The translations under genes were made by a program, and so were the position numbers. From positions 928,001 to 992,000 of the forward strand of contig CBDFJQ010000002.1 of NCBI GenBank assembly GCA_965248575.1: 64,000 bases of DNA, in the 5' to 3' direction. Positions 62,051 to 64,000 of the stretch are shown piece by piece (positions within the stretch are counted from its first letter, which is position 1; each line of letters starts with the position of its first letter). The stretch comes from Planctomycetota bacterium. Its GTDB lineage: Bacteria > Planctomycetota > B15-G4. Under the pieces are notes generated by a model that searched no databases, was not told the origin of the DNA, and was given only the letters and a program-made list of their open reading frames with translations.

Positions 62051-63084
62051 CTGCCGGAGATCGACAACGAAGACTCAGCGGCAACCTGTACCCGTCCCCG
62101 GGCATGTCCCTGCCACGGGGATGGACTTCTGCATGGGCCCTCGCGGTTTGCCTGGCCTGCAGCGATGGGACCCCCGAAGCACAACCAGGGGCTCTGCCCG
62201 ATCCGGTCGCGTCACCGGCCGAGTCACCAGCTACCGAGGCTGCAGCGCCTACGGATGTCGTCTGGGGAGAAGCGGAACAGCAGCGCCTGGGCCTCGCGCA
62301 ACAGGCGATGCTCACGGGCCTCCCTGAGCATGTGCACGAAGCCCTGGGCCCCTTGCTGGATGCCGACCCGGTTGCAGCAGACGTGCAGTTCGTCGCGGGC
62401 TCAGCAGCCTACGAACTGCACGACTACGGAGAAGCGGTGACGCGCCTCACGGCCGCCATCGCCCTCGACCGTAGGCTGCTGCCGAACTCCAGCGCCCTGG
62501 GGTTTGCCCACATCAAGCGAGGAGACTTCGAGGCGGCGCGCGCTGCGTTCCAAGCGATCGTCACGGCCGAACCCACGAAGCACAAGGCGCACTATGGCCT
62601 CGGTTTCGTAGCCCTTGCCCTGGGAGAGTTGGAGCCGGCGCGTAACAGCCTCGCAGAGGCACTGCGACTCTCACCCGACTACCTCAAGGCGCACTTCGCC
62701 CAAGCTCGGCTCCTGCATCAAGAGGGGCGCAACGAGGAAGCGCTCGAGGCCCTTCAACCGGTGCTGGAACGCTGGCCTTCCCACGAGGAAGCCATCTACC
62801 TCCAGGGCCGGGTGCTGGGTGAACTGGGGCGTCATGAGGAAGCAGAGGTCGCCTTGGAACGACATCGTCTCGTGTACAGCGTGAAGGAGTCACTCGCCGG
62901 CCTGGCCAGCTCGCTCGGGACGGAGCGGGACAGCCCCCTGCTCCGCGCGCGCATGGCTGAGCTGCACCTCAGCATCGGCGATGGAGGCGAGGCACGGCGC
63001 GCCCTGGCCGCCGGCCTCGCGCTCTTTCCCTCGGACCCGACCCTGCTGCAGGCATGGGAAGCCATTCAACCAGCACAGCGATGA
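62047..63084 (+). CDS. Tetratricopeptide repeat protein, probable lipoprotein
   Basis: ATGA overlap with the upstream gene; LAVCLAC-S lipobox-like; multiple TPRs (KAHYGLG, KAHFAQA, EAIYLQG). Confidence 0.8.
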   Translation: MTAGDRQRRLSGNLYPSPGMSLPRGWTSAWALAVCLACSDGTPEAQPGALPDPVASPAESPATEAAAPTDVVWGEAEQQRLGLAQQAMLTGLPEHVHEALGPLLDADPVAADVQFVAGSAAYELHDYGEAVTRLTAAIALDRRLLPNSSALGFAHIKRGDFEAARAAFQAIVTAEPTKHKAHYGLGFVALALGELEPARNSLAEALRLSPDYLKAHFAQARLLHQEGRNEEALEALQPVLERWPSHEEAIYLQGRVLGELGRHEEAEVALERHRLVYSVKESLAGLASSLGTERDSPLLRARMAELHLSIGDGGEARRALAAGLALFPSDPTLLQAWEAIQPAQR

Positions 63085-63163
63085 GTTGTAGCCGTCGCGG
63101 TTGTACCTGGGTTTGTCGTCGGTAGGATCGACGGCTTCCTTGGCTAGGTTGGCGGAGACGGAC

Positions 63164-64000
63164 GTGAAGAACTACCCGCGCTGCACACGCATCGTGGCCA
63201 CCATTGGCCCACCCAGCAGTTCTCCTGCCATGCTCGAGCGGCTTGTTCGAGCCGGCGTGGATGTCGTCCGGCTGAACTTCTCCCACGGCAGCCCGGAGTT
63301 CTTCAAGCAGCTGGTCTCGGACATCCGGCGTGTCTCCAAGAAGGTCGGCAAGCCGGTGGGCGTCCTGCAGGACCTGTGTGGACCCAAGATGCGCGTGGGC
63401 CACGTGACCGATGGCCTCATCCCGCTGCGCAGCGGCCAGCTCATCGACGTGGTCGAGGGGCATTCGAGCCGCAACCTCTGCACCCCGGAATGGCTGCAGG
63501 TCGAAGCGGCCGGAGCCATCCGCGGCCTGAAGGTCGGGCAACCCATCCGACTCGCCGACGGCCTGCTGGAGCTGCGCGTGGTCAAGCGCACCAAGGGCGG
63601 CGTGCGCGCCAAGATCATCCATGGCGGCTACCTGCGCTCGCGCCAGGGTGTCAACATCCCCGGTGCCGACCTGGGAGTCAAAGCCCTCACCCGCAAGGAC
63701 CGGATCGACCTGAAGCTGGGCTTGGAGCTCGGCGTGGATGCCGTGGCCCTGTCCTTCGTCCAGGACGCCGAAGACATCCTGAGCCTGCGGCGCCTGTTGA
63801 AGCGCCACGGCAAGCGTCCCTTCGTGATCGCGAAGATCGAGCGGGCCGAAGCGCTGAAGAACCTGCGCGAGATCCTGGAAGTCACCGGCGGAGTGATGGT
63901 GGCGCGCGGTGACCTCGGCGTGGAGATCGGGCTCGAGAAGGTGCCCCTCGCCCAAAAGCGCATCGTGCGCGAGGCCCTCGCGCGGCGACGCCCCGTGATC
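63164..64000 (+). CDS. pyk: Pyruvate kinase (truncated at window end)
   Basis: Read directly from GTG 63164: TRIVATIGP, RLNFSHG, DLCGPKMR, LADG, GVNIPG, IAKIERAEA, MVARGDLGVE. Confidence 0.95.
   Translation, partial: MKNYPRCTRIVATIGPPSSSPAMLERLVRAGVDVVRLNFSHGSPEFFKQLVSDIRRVSKKVGKPVGVLQDLCGPKMRVGHVTDGLIPLRSGQLIDVVEGHSSRNLCTPEWLQVEAAGAIRGLKVGQPIRLADGLLELRVVKRTKGGVRAKIIHGGYLRSRQGVNIPGADLGVKALTRKDRIDLKLGLELGVDAVALSFVQDAEDILSLRRLLKRHGKRPFVIAKIERAEALKNLREILEVTGGVMVARGDLGVEIGLEKVPLAQKRIVREALARRRPVI

Overview
High-GC (roughly two-thirds G+C by eye) chromosomal window of a diderm bacterium, most likely Planctomycetota (inferred from an H-X9-DG prepilin-like protein, FG-GAP/CRTAC1 proteins and waaA). 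About 44 densely packed CDSs. Housekeeping genes: dnaE2 (5'-truncated), gatCAB, dihydroorotase-family, polA, asnS, epmA, uvrBC, xerD, dksA-like/lspA/pyrD, secA, waaA, metK (broken by four 1-nt indels) and pyk (3'-truncated). I saw no tRNA, rRNA, CRISPR array or mobile element. Most notable: (1) a five-gene operon at 54187-63084 with two cobalamin-type radical SAM enzymes, an atypical GT9, a GT-C/TPR/CRTAC1 fusion and a TPR protein, a candidate undescribed cell-surface glycan modification system; (2) a ~120-aa terminal domain apparently shared by three unrelated secreted proteins, a candidate lineage-specific sorting/anchoring domain; (3) a STAS-PilZ-like fusion divergent from a GAF-PP2C phosphatase; (4) a DksA/TraR protein with a long histone-H1-like tail; (5) two apparent pseudo-peptidases and candidate leaderless promoters. 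All family calls come from motifs read by eye, without database searches.
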